Source of the DNA: Solirubrobacterales bacterium
GTDB taxonomy: Bacteria > Actinomycetota > Thermoleophilia > Solirubrobacterales > 70-9
Assembly (NCBI GenBank): GCA_035694165.1
Contig: DASSFS010000040.1
Span: 401-64,400, forward strand
Reading direction: 5' to 3'
Length of the DNA: 64,000 nt
The notes under the pieces are model-generated. The model worked only from the letters and a program-made list of their open reading frames with translations. It did not search any database and was not told the origin of the DNA. The position numbers were made by a program, and so were the translations under genes. Positions 17,395-25,853 of the stretch are shown here, one piece after another. Position 1 is the stretch's first letter; every line of letters begins with the position of its first letter.

Positions 17395-18470
17395 TCCGCC
17401 ACCGCCTTTTTCACCGCTGCGGTCAGGGCTTCGAGGCCGAAGGCGCCCTGGATCACGGAGCTGACCCTGCCCTGTCGGTTGATCGTGAACAGCCACGGCT
17501 CGGTCGGCAGGTTGAAGGCTCGGACCTGCGGCCGTACATCTTTCGCGGGGTCGTTGTCGTTCCAAATCTCCATGTGGATAAAGGCCGCCTCGTCTCCGTA
17601 TTCCTGCTTAACCTGCTCGGCAACGTCAACGACGGGGCCGCAAACTCGACTTTCGCAGAACTGAGGGGTCGCGAACAAGAGCACGATCGGTTCCTTGCCC
17701 AGCACGTCCGCATAGTCAACCTGGTTCTGGGTGTCTGGCGGGATCCGCGTGGTGATCTTCGAGAGGTCCCCGGCGGCGTCTTCCGCGGTCGGGGTGTGGA
17801 TCTTCGGAGCTTTCTGGCCGGGCTCGGGAATCGAGTCGAACTGGCCGACGACGGCGCTCGACAGCAGCGTACCTTTGACCTCTCCGTCCTGCTTGATCAG
17901 AGCGGCGATCCGCCACTCGCCGTTGCTGGGGAAGTCGAGCTCGGTCGTATAGACGACGCTAGCCGCGTCGGGGTCGTCGCTGGTCGTCTTGGCGCGGAAG
18001 GCGGGCTGGGTGGCGAGGCTTTCGATCGCGGCCGGGAAGGGACCGATCGCGGGCTGGTCGAGGGCCTGCTCCTGTGCTTTCGCCACCGCGCCTTTGTTGC
18101 CGGCTTTCGTGTTCCCGCCCGAGCTCGGCGCCGGTGCCTTGGCGAGATAGAGAGCGACTTCGGCATCCGGTATCTGGGTGTGATCGAGCTCGAAGACGCC
18201 GAACGGGTAGCGGTTCTCGCCCTTGTAGAAGACCATCGCCGCGGGTGAGATGGCCAGTTCGGCCGGCCCGTCCTGCTCTTTCAGCAGCGCCCGCAGGGTC
18301 CGGCCTTCGGTGGCGGGGAAGGCGCTTTTCGGCGAGGCGGGGCGACTTTCGGCGCTCGCCGAGCTGGGAGTCGAGTCGGCGGAATCGGAATCGCTGCCGC
18401 AGCCGGCTGCGACCAGGGCGGCGGCGAATAGGCAGGCGAGGACCGTGGCAATACGGGGGGCGGCGCGCAT
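17391..18470 (-). CDS. Secreted lipoprotein with C-terminal thioredoxin-like (TlpA/redoxin-type) domain
   Basis: 359 aa. Lipobox LVAAGC. C-terminal VLLFATPQFCESRVCGPVVD...WLFTINRQGRV is a thioredoxin-fold pattern. Confidence 0.7.
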   Translation of the reverse strand: MRAAPRIATVLACLFAAALVAAGCGSDSDSADSTPSSASAESRPASPKSAFPATEGRTLRALLKEQDGPAELAISPAAMVFYKGENRYPFGVFELDHTQIPDAEVALYLAKAPAPSSGGNTKAGNKGAVAKAQEQALDQPAIGPFPAAIESLATQPAFRAKTTSDDPDAASVVYTTELDFPSNGEWRIAALIKQDGEVKGTLLSSAVVGQFDSIPEPGQKAPKIHTPTAEDAAGDLSKITTRIPPDTQNQVDYADVLGKEPIVLLFATPQFCESRVCGPVVDVAEQVKQEYGDEAAFIHMEIWNDNDPAKDVRPQVRAFNLPTEPWLFTINRQGRVSSVIQGAFGLEALTAAVKKAVAE

Positions 18471-18574
18471 CGGCGGCCATGTTATTGAGACGGGGAATCG
18501 AACCGGTGTGCCGCTGCGCCGGCTCGATACGGCATATAGGGTGCGCGGCGGCGTCGACAGAGGAGGAGAGGGAG

Positions 18575-19306
18575 ATGGCGGAGCGTGCTGCAGTGGTGAC
18601 GGGGGCCTCGAGTGGGATCGGGCTGGCGATTGCTCGGACCCTTGGCCAGGAGGGCTACGCGCTGACGGTTTCCGCGCGGCGGCCGGAGAAGCTCGAGGAG
18701 GCCGCGGCTGGACTGCGAGCCGATGGCTTCGAAGTCCAGGTCGTCGCCGCCAACATGACCGACGAGGACGACGTCCTCTCCGTCTTTGCCGCCCACCGTG
18801 CCGCCTACGGCCGCCTCGACGCCCTCGTCAACAACGCCGGGGTCGGGATCGGGGCGCCGATGGAGGAAATCCAGACCAAGCACCTCGACATGCAGCTGGC
18901 GGTCAACCTGCGGGCGCTGATCCTCGGCACCCGCGAGGGTTTGCCGCTGCTGCGCGAGGCGGGCGCCGAGCACGGCAAGGCGCTGATCGTCAACACCGCC
19001 TCGATCGCCGGCAAAGGGGGCCAGGCCTGGCTCTCTATCTATGCCGCGACGAAGGCGGCGGTGATCAACTTCAGCCAGTCGACCCACCGCGAGGCGGGCG
19101 GGGCCGGAATCCAGTGCACGGCGCTGGCGCCGGGCTTCGTCGAGACGGCGATGACCGAGTTCGTCCAGCAGCAGATCCCGGGCGAGCAAATGATCCGGCC
19201 CGAGGACCTCGGCGAGGCGGTGCGCTTTCTGCTCCATACCTCGCCCAACTGCCACGTTCCGGAGATTGTCTTCACCCGCCCAAATGAGGGCGTCGATACC
19301 CCCTGA
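18575..19306 (+). CDS. SDR-family oxidoreductase
   Basis: Internal ATG preceded by AGGAGGAGAGGGAG. TGASSGIG, NNAG, YAATKAA (YxxxK). The upstream 167 codons of the track ORF are Arg/Pro junk antisense to the lipoprotein gene. Confidence 0.85.
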   Translation: MAERAAVVTGASSGIGLAIARTLGQEGYALTVSARRPEKLEEAAAGLRADGFEVQVVAANMTDEDDVLSVFAAHRAAYGRLDALVNNAGVGIGAPMEEIQTKHLDMQLAVNLRALILGTREGLPLLREAGAEHGKALIVNTASIAGKGGQAWLSIYAATKAAVINFSQSTHREAGGAGIQCTALAPGFVETAMTEFVQQQIPGEQMIRPEDLGEAVRFLLHTSPNCHVPEIVFTRPNEGVDTP

Positions 19307-20507
19307 CGGCTCGCTGAGGATCCTGGTCGCCGCTTTCGGCGATCCAGGGCATGTGTTCCCGGCCATCTCCCTCGGCCGCGCCCTCGCTGGGCGTGGGCAC
19401 GAGGTCGTGGTCGAGACCTGGGAGGAGCGGCGGGCCGCGGTAGAGGGCGCCGGGCTGGGCTTCGCCGCGGCCGAGGAATACAAGATGTTCCCGCCGCCGG
19501 AGCCCGATTCCGCCGACGGCCAGCACGCCGCCGAGGCCGCGCGGGCGCTGCTGCCGCTGCTGGAGAAGATGCGACCGCACGTCGTCGTCAGCGACATCCT
19601 CACCCTGGCCCCGGGCTTGGCGGCCGAGCGGGCCGGGGTGCCACTGGCGACGCTGATCCCACACATCTATCCCGTCGTCGAGCCCGGACTGCCGTTTTTT
19701 GCGATCGGCCTGCGGCCACCACGGACGCCCGTTGGGCGGGCCATTTGGCGGGCGGGACAGCGGGCGCTCGACGTCGGCCTCGAGCACGGTCGTCGCGACC
19801 TCAACCTGCAGCGGCAGCGACTCGGCCTGGACCCCGTCGAGCGCTTCCACGGAGGGATCAGCCCGGACCTGGCACTCGTCGCCACCTATCCACAGCTCGA
19901 GTACCCGCGCCGGTGGCCGGCGGGAGTCGAGGTGACCGGGCCGATGACCTTCGAGGTACCCCACCCGGAGATCGACCTGCCGCCGGGAGATCTGCCACTG
20001 GTCCTGGTCGCCCCCAGCACCGCCCACGACTCGGACAACCACCTGGTCCGCACGGCGCTGAGGGCGCTCGCCACGGAGCCAGTGCGAGTCGTCGCCACGA
20101 CCAACCGGGTCGTGCCCCGGGAGCCGATCGAGGTACCTGCCAACGCCGTCCTCGTCGACTGGCTCAGCTACAGCCAACTGATGCCAGCCGCTTCGCTGGT
20201 GATCTCACACGGGGGCCACGGAACCGTCGCCCGAGCGCTCGGCGCCGGCACGCCGGTCCTGATCAGCCCGATCATCGGCGACATGAGCGAGACCGCGATG
20301 CGCGTCTCCTGGGCCAAGGCCGGCCTCTCCCTGCCTTGGCGGCTGTGTCGGCCGGAGCCGCTGCGCTGGGCGGCCCGGCGGATCCTGAGTGACCCGTCCT
20401 TCAAGGCGCACGCGGAGAGAATCGCCGTCTGGGGCAGGGAGAACGACGGCGCGGAGCGCGGAGCGGAGTTAGTTGAGGCGTTGGCCCGCAGCCGAATAGA
20501 TGCCTGA
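19284..20507 (+). CDS. GT1-family UDP-glycosyltransferase (MGT/macrolide-glycosyltransferase-like)
   Basis: LRILVAAFGDPGHVFPAISLGRAL...HGGHGTV...G.P....P..GD. The start is ambiguous (ATG 19284 or TTG 19266). Either overlaps the SDR 3' end. Confidence 0.8.
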   Translation: MRASIPPDGSLRILVAAFGDPGHVFPAISLGRALAGRGHEVVVETWEERRAAVEGAGLGFAAAEEYKMFPPPEPDSADGQHAAEAARALLPLLEKMRPHVVVSDILTLAPGLAAERAGVPLATLIPHIYPVVEPGLPFFAIGLRPPRTPVGRAIWRAGQRALDVGLEHGRRDLNLQRQRLGLDPVERFHGGISPDLALVATYPQLEYPRRWPAGVEVTGPMTFEVPHPEIDLPPGDLPLVLVAPSTAHDSDNHLVRTALRALATEPVRVVATTNRVVPREPIEVPANAVLVDWLSYSQLMPAASLVISHGGHGTVARALGAGTPVLISPIIGDMSETAMRVSWAKAGLSLPWRLCRPEPLRWAARRILSDPSFKAHAERIAVWGRENDGAERGAELVEALARSRIDA

Positions 20508-20528
20508 GCGCCGCGGCGAGAAGAGAAA

Positions 20529-20603
20529 CTCCGGGGGTGGGGCTCGAACCCACAACCTCTCGATTAACAGTCGAGCGCTTCTACCAAATTGAGCTACCCC
20601 GGA
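20529..20603 (-). tRNA. tRNA-Asn (anticodon GUU)
   Basis: Reverse complement: UCCGGGG-UA-GCUC...-CUCGA-CUGUUAA-UCGAG-AGGUU-GUGGG-UUCGAGC-CCCAC-CCCCGGA-G. Good acceptor, anticodon and T arms. The D stem has one mismatch. Confidence 0.85.
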
Positions 20604-20609
20604 CCGAAT

Positions 20610-20623
20610 GAGCTACCCAGGAC
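20610..20623. repeat. 13/14-nt direct repeat of the tRNA-Asn 5' end
   Basis: GAGCTACCCAGGAC (20610-20623) versus GAGCTACCCCGGAC (20591-20604, the tRNA 5' acceptor/D-arm region), separated by 5 nt. Confidence 0.6.
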
Positions 20624-20644
20624 GTTCCGAGTAGCGCCGTCACT

Positions 20645-21337
20645 TTAGCGGTCTGCGCTTGGCACTTTCTTGACGCCTGCCTCCACGAGGGCATGGCAGT
20701 TCGCACAGAGCAGCACGCACTTTGCCGCCTCAGCTCGCATCTTACGAATACCGAGAGTGAGGCCTTGTTGACTCAGCTGGAACTTCTTGGTCGCGGGGTC
20801 GACATGGTGGAACTCAAGAGCACGGGGGTGACCTGAAAAGCCACAGATCGTGCACGCTCCACCGGCCTCGCTGACGAGCTGGCGCTTGACCCGCCGCCGG
20901 CGCTCAGAGACAGCCACTGAGCTGCAGCGCTGACAACGAAAACCCCCTCCTGACCGCCGCATGAAAGAAGTACGTCCATGCTTCGGGCACCTCAGGTAGG
21001 CCCGCGAGAGTCCTGCCTGCCTCGCCTCGGAGCTTTCTCTGCGTCGGACGGCATGGTCAGTTTCAAGCCCGCAGCGACCAAGCCAATATCGCGCGGTCGA
21101 GTAGCCGATGCCCAACTCCACTGCGATCTCTCTGATCGACGCTCCTCCTTCCGCCAACTCACGCAGCCGACGCAGATCGACCGAACCCTTCGGCGCATGA
21201 CACTCATGGCCGGCCGCCCTCAAATCGTGCTTTTTCAGCCAGTAGCTGACCGTCGATGGGTGCTTACCGGCTCGCTTGCCGATCACCTCCAGCGACATTC
21301 CGGCCGCCAGGCACTCCTCCAGCCATCCCCTGTCCAT
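20645..21337 (-). CDS. HTH-HTH-zinc-ribbon-HNH endonuclease-like protein
   Basis: 230 aa. Two N-terminal HTH-like units (SLEVIGKRAGKHPSTVSYWLKKH; SIREIAVELGIGYSTARYWLGRC). CxxC pairs. C-terminal EFHHVDP...LLCANCHALVE is the HNH/His-Me finger signature. Confidence 0.75.
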   Translation of the reverse strand: MDRGWLEECLAAGMSLEVIGKRAGKHPSTVSYWLKKHDLRAAGHECHAPKGSVDLRRLRELAEGGASIREIAVELGIGYSTARYWLGRCGLETDHAVRRRESSEARQAGLSRAYLRCPKHGRTSFMRRSGGGFRCQRCSSVAVSERRRRVKRQLVSEAGGACTICGFSGHPRALEFHHVDPATKKFQLSQQGLTLGIRKMRAEAAKCVLLCANCHALVEAGVKKVPSADR

Positions 21338-21393
21338 GCCGGAATGATCTCAATCGGTGCAGACAGAACGCTTCGTCGGCGTGCGGTTCCGGA

Positions 21394-23178
21394 TCAGCTC
21401 TCGACCCGCTGGGTGCGGGCAATACGCTCGACCAGGTTCGCTCGCTCGCGGCTGAGTGCGGCGCGACGCTCGTAGTCGTCGCGTTCACCGGCGGCGGCTA
21501 TCTCCGCCTCGATCCGACGCTGCTCCAGCAGCAGGTAGTTGAGCTCCATCGCCTCGTGCGAGGCGGGCTCATCGTGGGCCAGCATCACCAGCTCGGTGAT
21601 CAGCCCGGCCAGTTCGCTGTCGTCGTGCGGCAGATTGGAGGCCGGATCCTGCGGGTGCTCGCGCAGCCAGGCAGCGGCGCGCAGGCCGGTCGCCGAGAGA
21701 TGGGAGTCGGTCAGCCGGCCCAGATACTCCTTGCCCTCTTCGGGTAAGGCGATGCACATCGCCAGCAACGCCCGCTCGCGGCGCTCGCGCGAAGTCAGCT
21801 CCGCTCCCCGCCGCGGCTGCGGCAGCGGGCTGGATCCAGTGCCAGCTGCTGGCGCTTGCTCGGGCCCCCCGCTGGCTGGACGGGCCGCGACCAGCCGGCC
21901 CATCACCATCGCCGGCTCCAGGTCAAGCCGCTCGGCCACCTTGCGAACCAGGTCGTCGCGGCTGGCGGTCTCCCCCATCGCCGCCAGCACCGGCGCCACC
22001 TCGCTCAGCGCCTGATCACGCTCGACCGGCGAGGCGACGTCGGTGCGGTCGAGGACCAGCCCGACCTGAAAAGCGTTCAGCTCGACGGCGGCGTCGACCA
22101 GCGCCCGGAAGCGGTCGGGCCCGCCCGGCTCGGCCATCATCTCGGCCGGGTCCTCGCCGGCCGGCATCGCCGCCACCCGCAGGCGCATCTTGCGCCCGGC
22201 GGCGACCCGCTGTGCCCGCAGCATCGCCTCCTGGCCGGCGGAGTCGGCGTCGAGCGCCAGCACCACCTCCTCGACCATCCCCGAGAGCGTCGCCACCTGC
22301 TCGCCGGTGATCGCCGTCCCCATCACCGCGATCGTCTCCTCGACCCCCGCCTGGTGCAGGGCGAGGACGTCGGTGTAGCCCTCGACGACGACGGCGCGCG
22401 TCGCCTTGGCAATCTCCGCCTTCGCCCGGTCGACGCCATAGAGCAACTGGCTCTTGTGGAAGAAGTCCGTCTCGGCCGTGTTCACGTACTTGGCGCCCTG
22501 GTCGGAGCGCATCGCGCGGCCGCCGAAGCCGAGGGTGCGGCCGCGGCGGTCGCGGATCGGGAACATGATCCGCGAGCGGAAGCGGTCGTACTCCCCCCCT
22601 CCCCGCCCTCGCTGGACCAGGCCAACCCCGCGCAACTCCTCGATCCTGAACCCGGCGCGCTGACCCAGGACCAGGATCTTGTCCCAGGCGCTGGGGGCAT
22701 AGCCGACGCCGAAGCCGCGCAGCACCTCCTCACCGAGGCCGCGCTCAGATAGGTAGTCGCGCGCTTTGCCACCCTCTTTCGACTCCCAGAGGTAGCTGGA
22801 ATAGAAGGCCGCTGCGCGTTCCAACAGCTGCTCGAGGCGACGCCGCTGCTGGCGCCGGGCCTCCGCCCGGGGGTCCTCCTGCTCGCGCTCGAGTTCGACC
22901 CCGTAGCGGTCGGCCAGCAGCTCCACCGCCTCAGCGAACCCGAGGCCTTCCTTCTCCTCGACGAACTTGATCACGTCGCCGCCGACCCCGCAGCCGAAGC
23001 AGTGGTAGAGCTTCTCCTGGCCGTCGACCGAGAACGACGGCGTGCGCTCCTCGTGGAACGGGCAGAGGCCGACCCAGCGGGCGCCCTGCCGGCGCAGGTC
23101 GGTGTGGGCGGAGATCACCTCGACGATGTCCGCCGTCTCCTTCAGCCGCTCCAGGCTCTCGGGGGAGATCAGCGCCAT
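21394..23178 (-). CDS. dnaG: DNA primase DnaG
   Basis: 594 aa. Zinc finger (CPFHEERTPSFSV...YHCFGCG). TOPRIM block (VVVEGYTDVLALHQAG...LALDADSAG). Confidence 0.95.
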   Translation of the reverse strand: MALISPESLERLKETADIVEVISAHTDLRRQGARWVGLCPFHEERTPSFSVDGQEKLYHCFGCGVGGDVIKFVEEKEGLGFAEAVELLADRYGVELEREQEDPRAEARRQQRRRLEQLLERAAAFYSSYLWESKEGGKARDYLSERGLGEEVLRGFGVGYAPSAWDKILVLGQRAGFRIEELRGVGLVQRGRGGGEYDRFRSRIMFPIRDRRGRTLGFGGRAMRSDQGAKYVNTAETDFFHKSQLLYGVDRAKAEIAKATRAVVVEGYTDVLALHQAGVEETIAVMGTAITGEQVATLSGMVEEVVLALDADSAGQEAMLRAQRVAAGRKMRLRVAAMPAGEDPAEMMAEPGGPDRFRALVDAAVELNAFQVGLVLDRTDVASPVERDQALSEVAPVLAAMGETASRDDLVRKVAERLDLEPAMVMGRLVAARPASGGPEQAPAAGTGSSPLPQPRRGAELTSRERRERALLAMCIALPEEGKEYLGRLTDSHLSATGLRAAAWLREHPQDPASNLPHDDSELAGLITELVMLAHDEPASHEAMELNYLLLEQRRIEAEIAAAGERDDYERRAALSRERANLVERIARTQRVES

Positions 23179-24188
23179 CAGAACCGCGCCTCTTCCGGAA
23201 TGGTGAGCTCGGTGAACTTGGCGATGCAGAAGCGATCGGTCATACCGGCGATGTAGTCGGTGATGCGCTGGGCCTCACTGGCGCTGGGATCCCACACCGG
23301 CAGCTCGTCCGGATGCTCGAGGTAATGGTCGAAGAGGCCGCGCATCGTGCGCTGAACCCGATCGTGCTCGCGGCGGGCGTCGGGGCCGAGGTAGACGCGG
23401 TCGAACATGAACTTGCGCAGCCGCAGCATCGCGCCGCCGATCTCGCGCCCCTGGACGATGTCGTCGCTACCCGCGGAGCGCTCGACGATGTCGCGGACCA
23501 GGGTGTCGATCCGCTGCGAGCCGGTCGGGCCGAGCAGCTCAATCTCCGCCGCCGGCAGGTCAGCCGGCTGCAGGATGCCCGCCCGCAGGGCGTCGTCGAT
23601 GTCGTGGTTGATGTAGGCGACGCGGTCGACGAGCTTGACGATCCGCCCCTCCAGCGTCGCCGGCTTGGCGCCACCGGTGTGATTGAGGATGCCGTCGCGC
23701 ACCTGCTCGGTCAGGTTGAGCCCGTTGCCGTCGCGCTCCAGCACCTCGACCACCCGCAGCGAGTGCTCGTTGTGCTTGAAGCCGGTACCGCAACGCTCGC
23801 GCAGGGCCGCGTCGAGGGTTTCCTCGCCGGCGTGGCCGAAGGGCGGGTGGCCAAGGTCGTGCCCGAGCCCGATCGCCTCGGTCAGGTCCTCGTTCAGGCC
23901 CAGCGCCCGCGCGACCGTGCGGGCGATCCCGCAGGCCTCCAGCGTGTGGGTGAGACGGGTCCGGTAGTGGTCGCCCTCCGGCGCGACGAAGACCTGCGTC
24001 TTGTGCTTGAGGCGGCGGAAGGACTTGGAGTGGACGATGCGGTCGCGGTCGCGCTGGAACGGCGTCCGCAGCGGGCTGTCGACCTCGGCGACGGCGCGGC
24101 GCGCCGGGTAGGAGCGAGTCGCATGATCGGAGAGGAACTCGGCCTCCCAGGCTTGGACCCGGTCCTCAAAGGTGGCGGTGACTGGCAC
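23178..24188 (-). CDS. dgt: dGTP triphosphohydrolase-like HD-domain protein
   Basis: 336 aa. RTPFQRDRDRIVHSKSFRRLKHKTQVF...HYRTRLTHTLE...GHDLGHPPFGH. One-nt start/stop overlap with dnaG. Confidence 0.9.
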   Translation of the reverse strand: MPVTATFEDRVQAWEAEFLSDHATRSYPARRAVAEVDSPLRTPFQRDRDRIVHSKSFRRLKHKTQVFVAPEGDHYRTRLTHTLEACGIARTVARALGLNEDLTEAIGLGHDLGHPPFGHAGEETLDAALRERCGTGFKHNEHSLRVVEVLERDGNGLNLTEQVRDGILNHTGGAKPATLEGRIVKLVDRVAYINHDIDDALRAGILQPADLPAAEIELLGPTGSQRIDTLVRDIVERSAGSDDIVQGREIGGAMLRLRKFMFDRVYLGPDARREHDRVQRTMRGLFDHYLEHPDELPVWDPSASEAQRITDYIAGMTDRFCIAKFTELTIPEEARF

Positions 24189-24197
24189 CGTTCGATC

Positions 24198-24923
24198 TTA
24201 AGCCGCAGCACGTAACTGCACATGCGCGTGGTGCTCGAGCGTCTCCCCCACTGCCCGCTCGACCTGGCGGAGCGCCCGCGGGTCGGCCGCCGGTGCCGCG
24301 GCAAGGGGTTGGGCCAGCGCCTCGACCATGAAGCGGTGCGCCTCCTCTGTGAGCTCAAACGAACCGGCTTCGCAGCCTCCGCAGACGACGCCTCCGGCGG
24401 CGCCGGAGAATCCGGCCAGGTGCTCGGCCTCGCCGCAGCGCGCGCAGGATGCCAGCTCGGGAGCGAACCCGGCCACCAGCGCCAGCTTGAGCCGGAACGA
24501 AAGCGCGACTTCGAGCCCGGCAGCCCGTGGCTGGTCCGGGTCGTCGAGCAGCTCCAGATAGCGGCAGAGCAGGTTGTAGGCAGGCTGGTTGGCCTCGGCC
24601 GAGTCGAGCAGCCGCAGCACCGCGTCGCAGGCCCGGGCGCCAGCGGTGAGGGCGGGACCGGAAGAGCGCAGACGGGGGTAGCCGTCGATCGTGGTCACTC
24701 CGGTCACAGTCATCAGGTCGCCACGACCTTCGTGCAGGATCAGGTCGAGGCGGAAGAACGGCTCCAGGCGCCCGCCAAAGCGGGATTTCGGCTTCCGCGC
24801 CCCCTTGGCGATCGCCCCGAAGCGGCCGCGCGTATTCGAGTAGAGGTGAAGGATGCGATCGGCCTCGCCGTAGCGGATGCTGCGCAGGACGATCGCCTCT
24901 GTCTTGACGGTCTTTCCGGCCAC
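24198..24923 (-). CDS. recO: DNA repair protein RecO
   Basis: GTG at codon 88 of the track ORF: VAGKTVKTEAIVLRSIRYGEADRILHLYS...CARCGE...CGGC zinc motif. The upstream extension is Ser/Arg junk. Confidence 0.85.
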   Translation of the reverse strand: MAGKTVKTEAIVLRSIRYGEADRILHLYSNTRGRFGAIAKGARKPKSRFGGRLEPFFRLDLILHEGRGDLMTVTGVTTIDGYPRLRSSGPALTAGARACDAVLRLLDSAEANQPAYNLLCRYLELLDDPDQPRAAGLEVALSFRLKLALVAGFAPELASCARCGEAEHLAGFSGAAGGVVCGGCEAGSFELTEEAHRFMVEALAQPLAAAPAADPRALRQVERAVGETLEHHAHVQLRAAA

Positions 24924-24927
24924 CCTC

Positions 24928-25842
24928 CTACTTTGCCCGGCGGCGCGGACGGCGGCGCGGCCGTTTCCGCAGCCGCACCTGGCAGCTTGGGCAGAAGTAG
25001 GTGGAGCGACCACCGACGACGATGCGCTCGATCTCCCCGTCGCAGTCTGGACACGGCTCGCCCTCGCGGGTGTGGACGAGGAACTTCTCCTGCATCGTTC
25101 CTTTTTCGCCGCGCCCGTCGCGGTAGTCGTCGATCGAGGAACCGCCGCTGTCGATCCCGGCTTCCAGAGCGTCGACAATGGCATCGCGCAGGGCCACCAG
25201 GTGCTCGGGCTTCATCGAGCCGGCTGGGGAAAGCGGGTGCAAACGGGCCCGGTAGAGCGCCTCGTCGGCGTAGATGTTGCCGACGCCGGCGACCCCGGAC
25301 TGGTCGAGCAGGAAGGACTTCAGCGGCGCCGTGCGCCCGGCCGCCATTTCGCCGAGCGCCTCCGGAGTGAACTCCGGCGAGAGCGGCTCGATGCCGACTT
25401 TCCCCGCGAAGCGTCCCTCGAGGTCGGCGTTGTCGATCAAGAAGGCCTCGCCGAAGCGGCGCGGGTCGGTGAACCAGACCTCGCGGCCGTCGTCGAGAAT
25501 GAAGCGGGCACGTAGGTGGCGGGCCGAGGTCGAGCGCTCCCCCTCGTACAGCCGCCGCCCCTCCGAGGGATCGATCACGTCCTCCCCCTCGACCAGGACC
25601 AGGTTGCCGGTCATCCGCAGGTGCATGACCAGCGTCTGCTCCCCGTCGAGCGCCAGCAGCAGGTACTTGCCGCGCCTCCCAAGTCCCTCGATGGTGCGAC
25701 CGCTGACGGCCTTCTCCAGTTTGGTTCCCCGGACCGGCCGCGACCAGCGCTCGTCCAGCACTTCCAGCGAGTCGATCCGGTGCCCTTCCAGCTCCGGCTC
25801 GAGCTGGCGCGCAACGGTCTCGACCTCGGGCAGCTCGGGCAT
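24928..25842 (-). CDS. mutM: Formamidopyrimidine-DNA glycosylase (Fpg/MutM) with Arg/Pro-rich C-terminal tail
   Basis: Internal start MPELPEVETV (codon 161 of the track ORF). H2TH region. C-terminal zinc finger CPDCDGEI...YFCPSCQ. Confidence 0.9.
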   Translation of the reverse strand: MPELPEVETVARQLEPELEGHRIDSLEVLDERWSRPVRGTKLEKAVSGRTIEGLGRRGKYLLLALDGEQTLVMHLRMTGNLVLVEGEDVIDPSEGRRLYEGERSTSARHLRARFILDDGREVWFTDPRRFGEAFLIDNADLEGRFAGKVGIEPLSPEFTPEALGEMAAGRTAPLKSFLLDQSGVAGVGNIYADEALYRARLHPLSPAGSMKPEHLVALRDAIVDALEAGIDSGGSSIDDYRDGRGEKGTMQEKFLVHTREGEPCPDCDGEIERIVVGGRSTYFCPSCQVRLRKRPRRRPRRRAK

Positions 25843-25853
25843 CCCCGAGAGTT

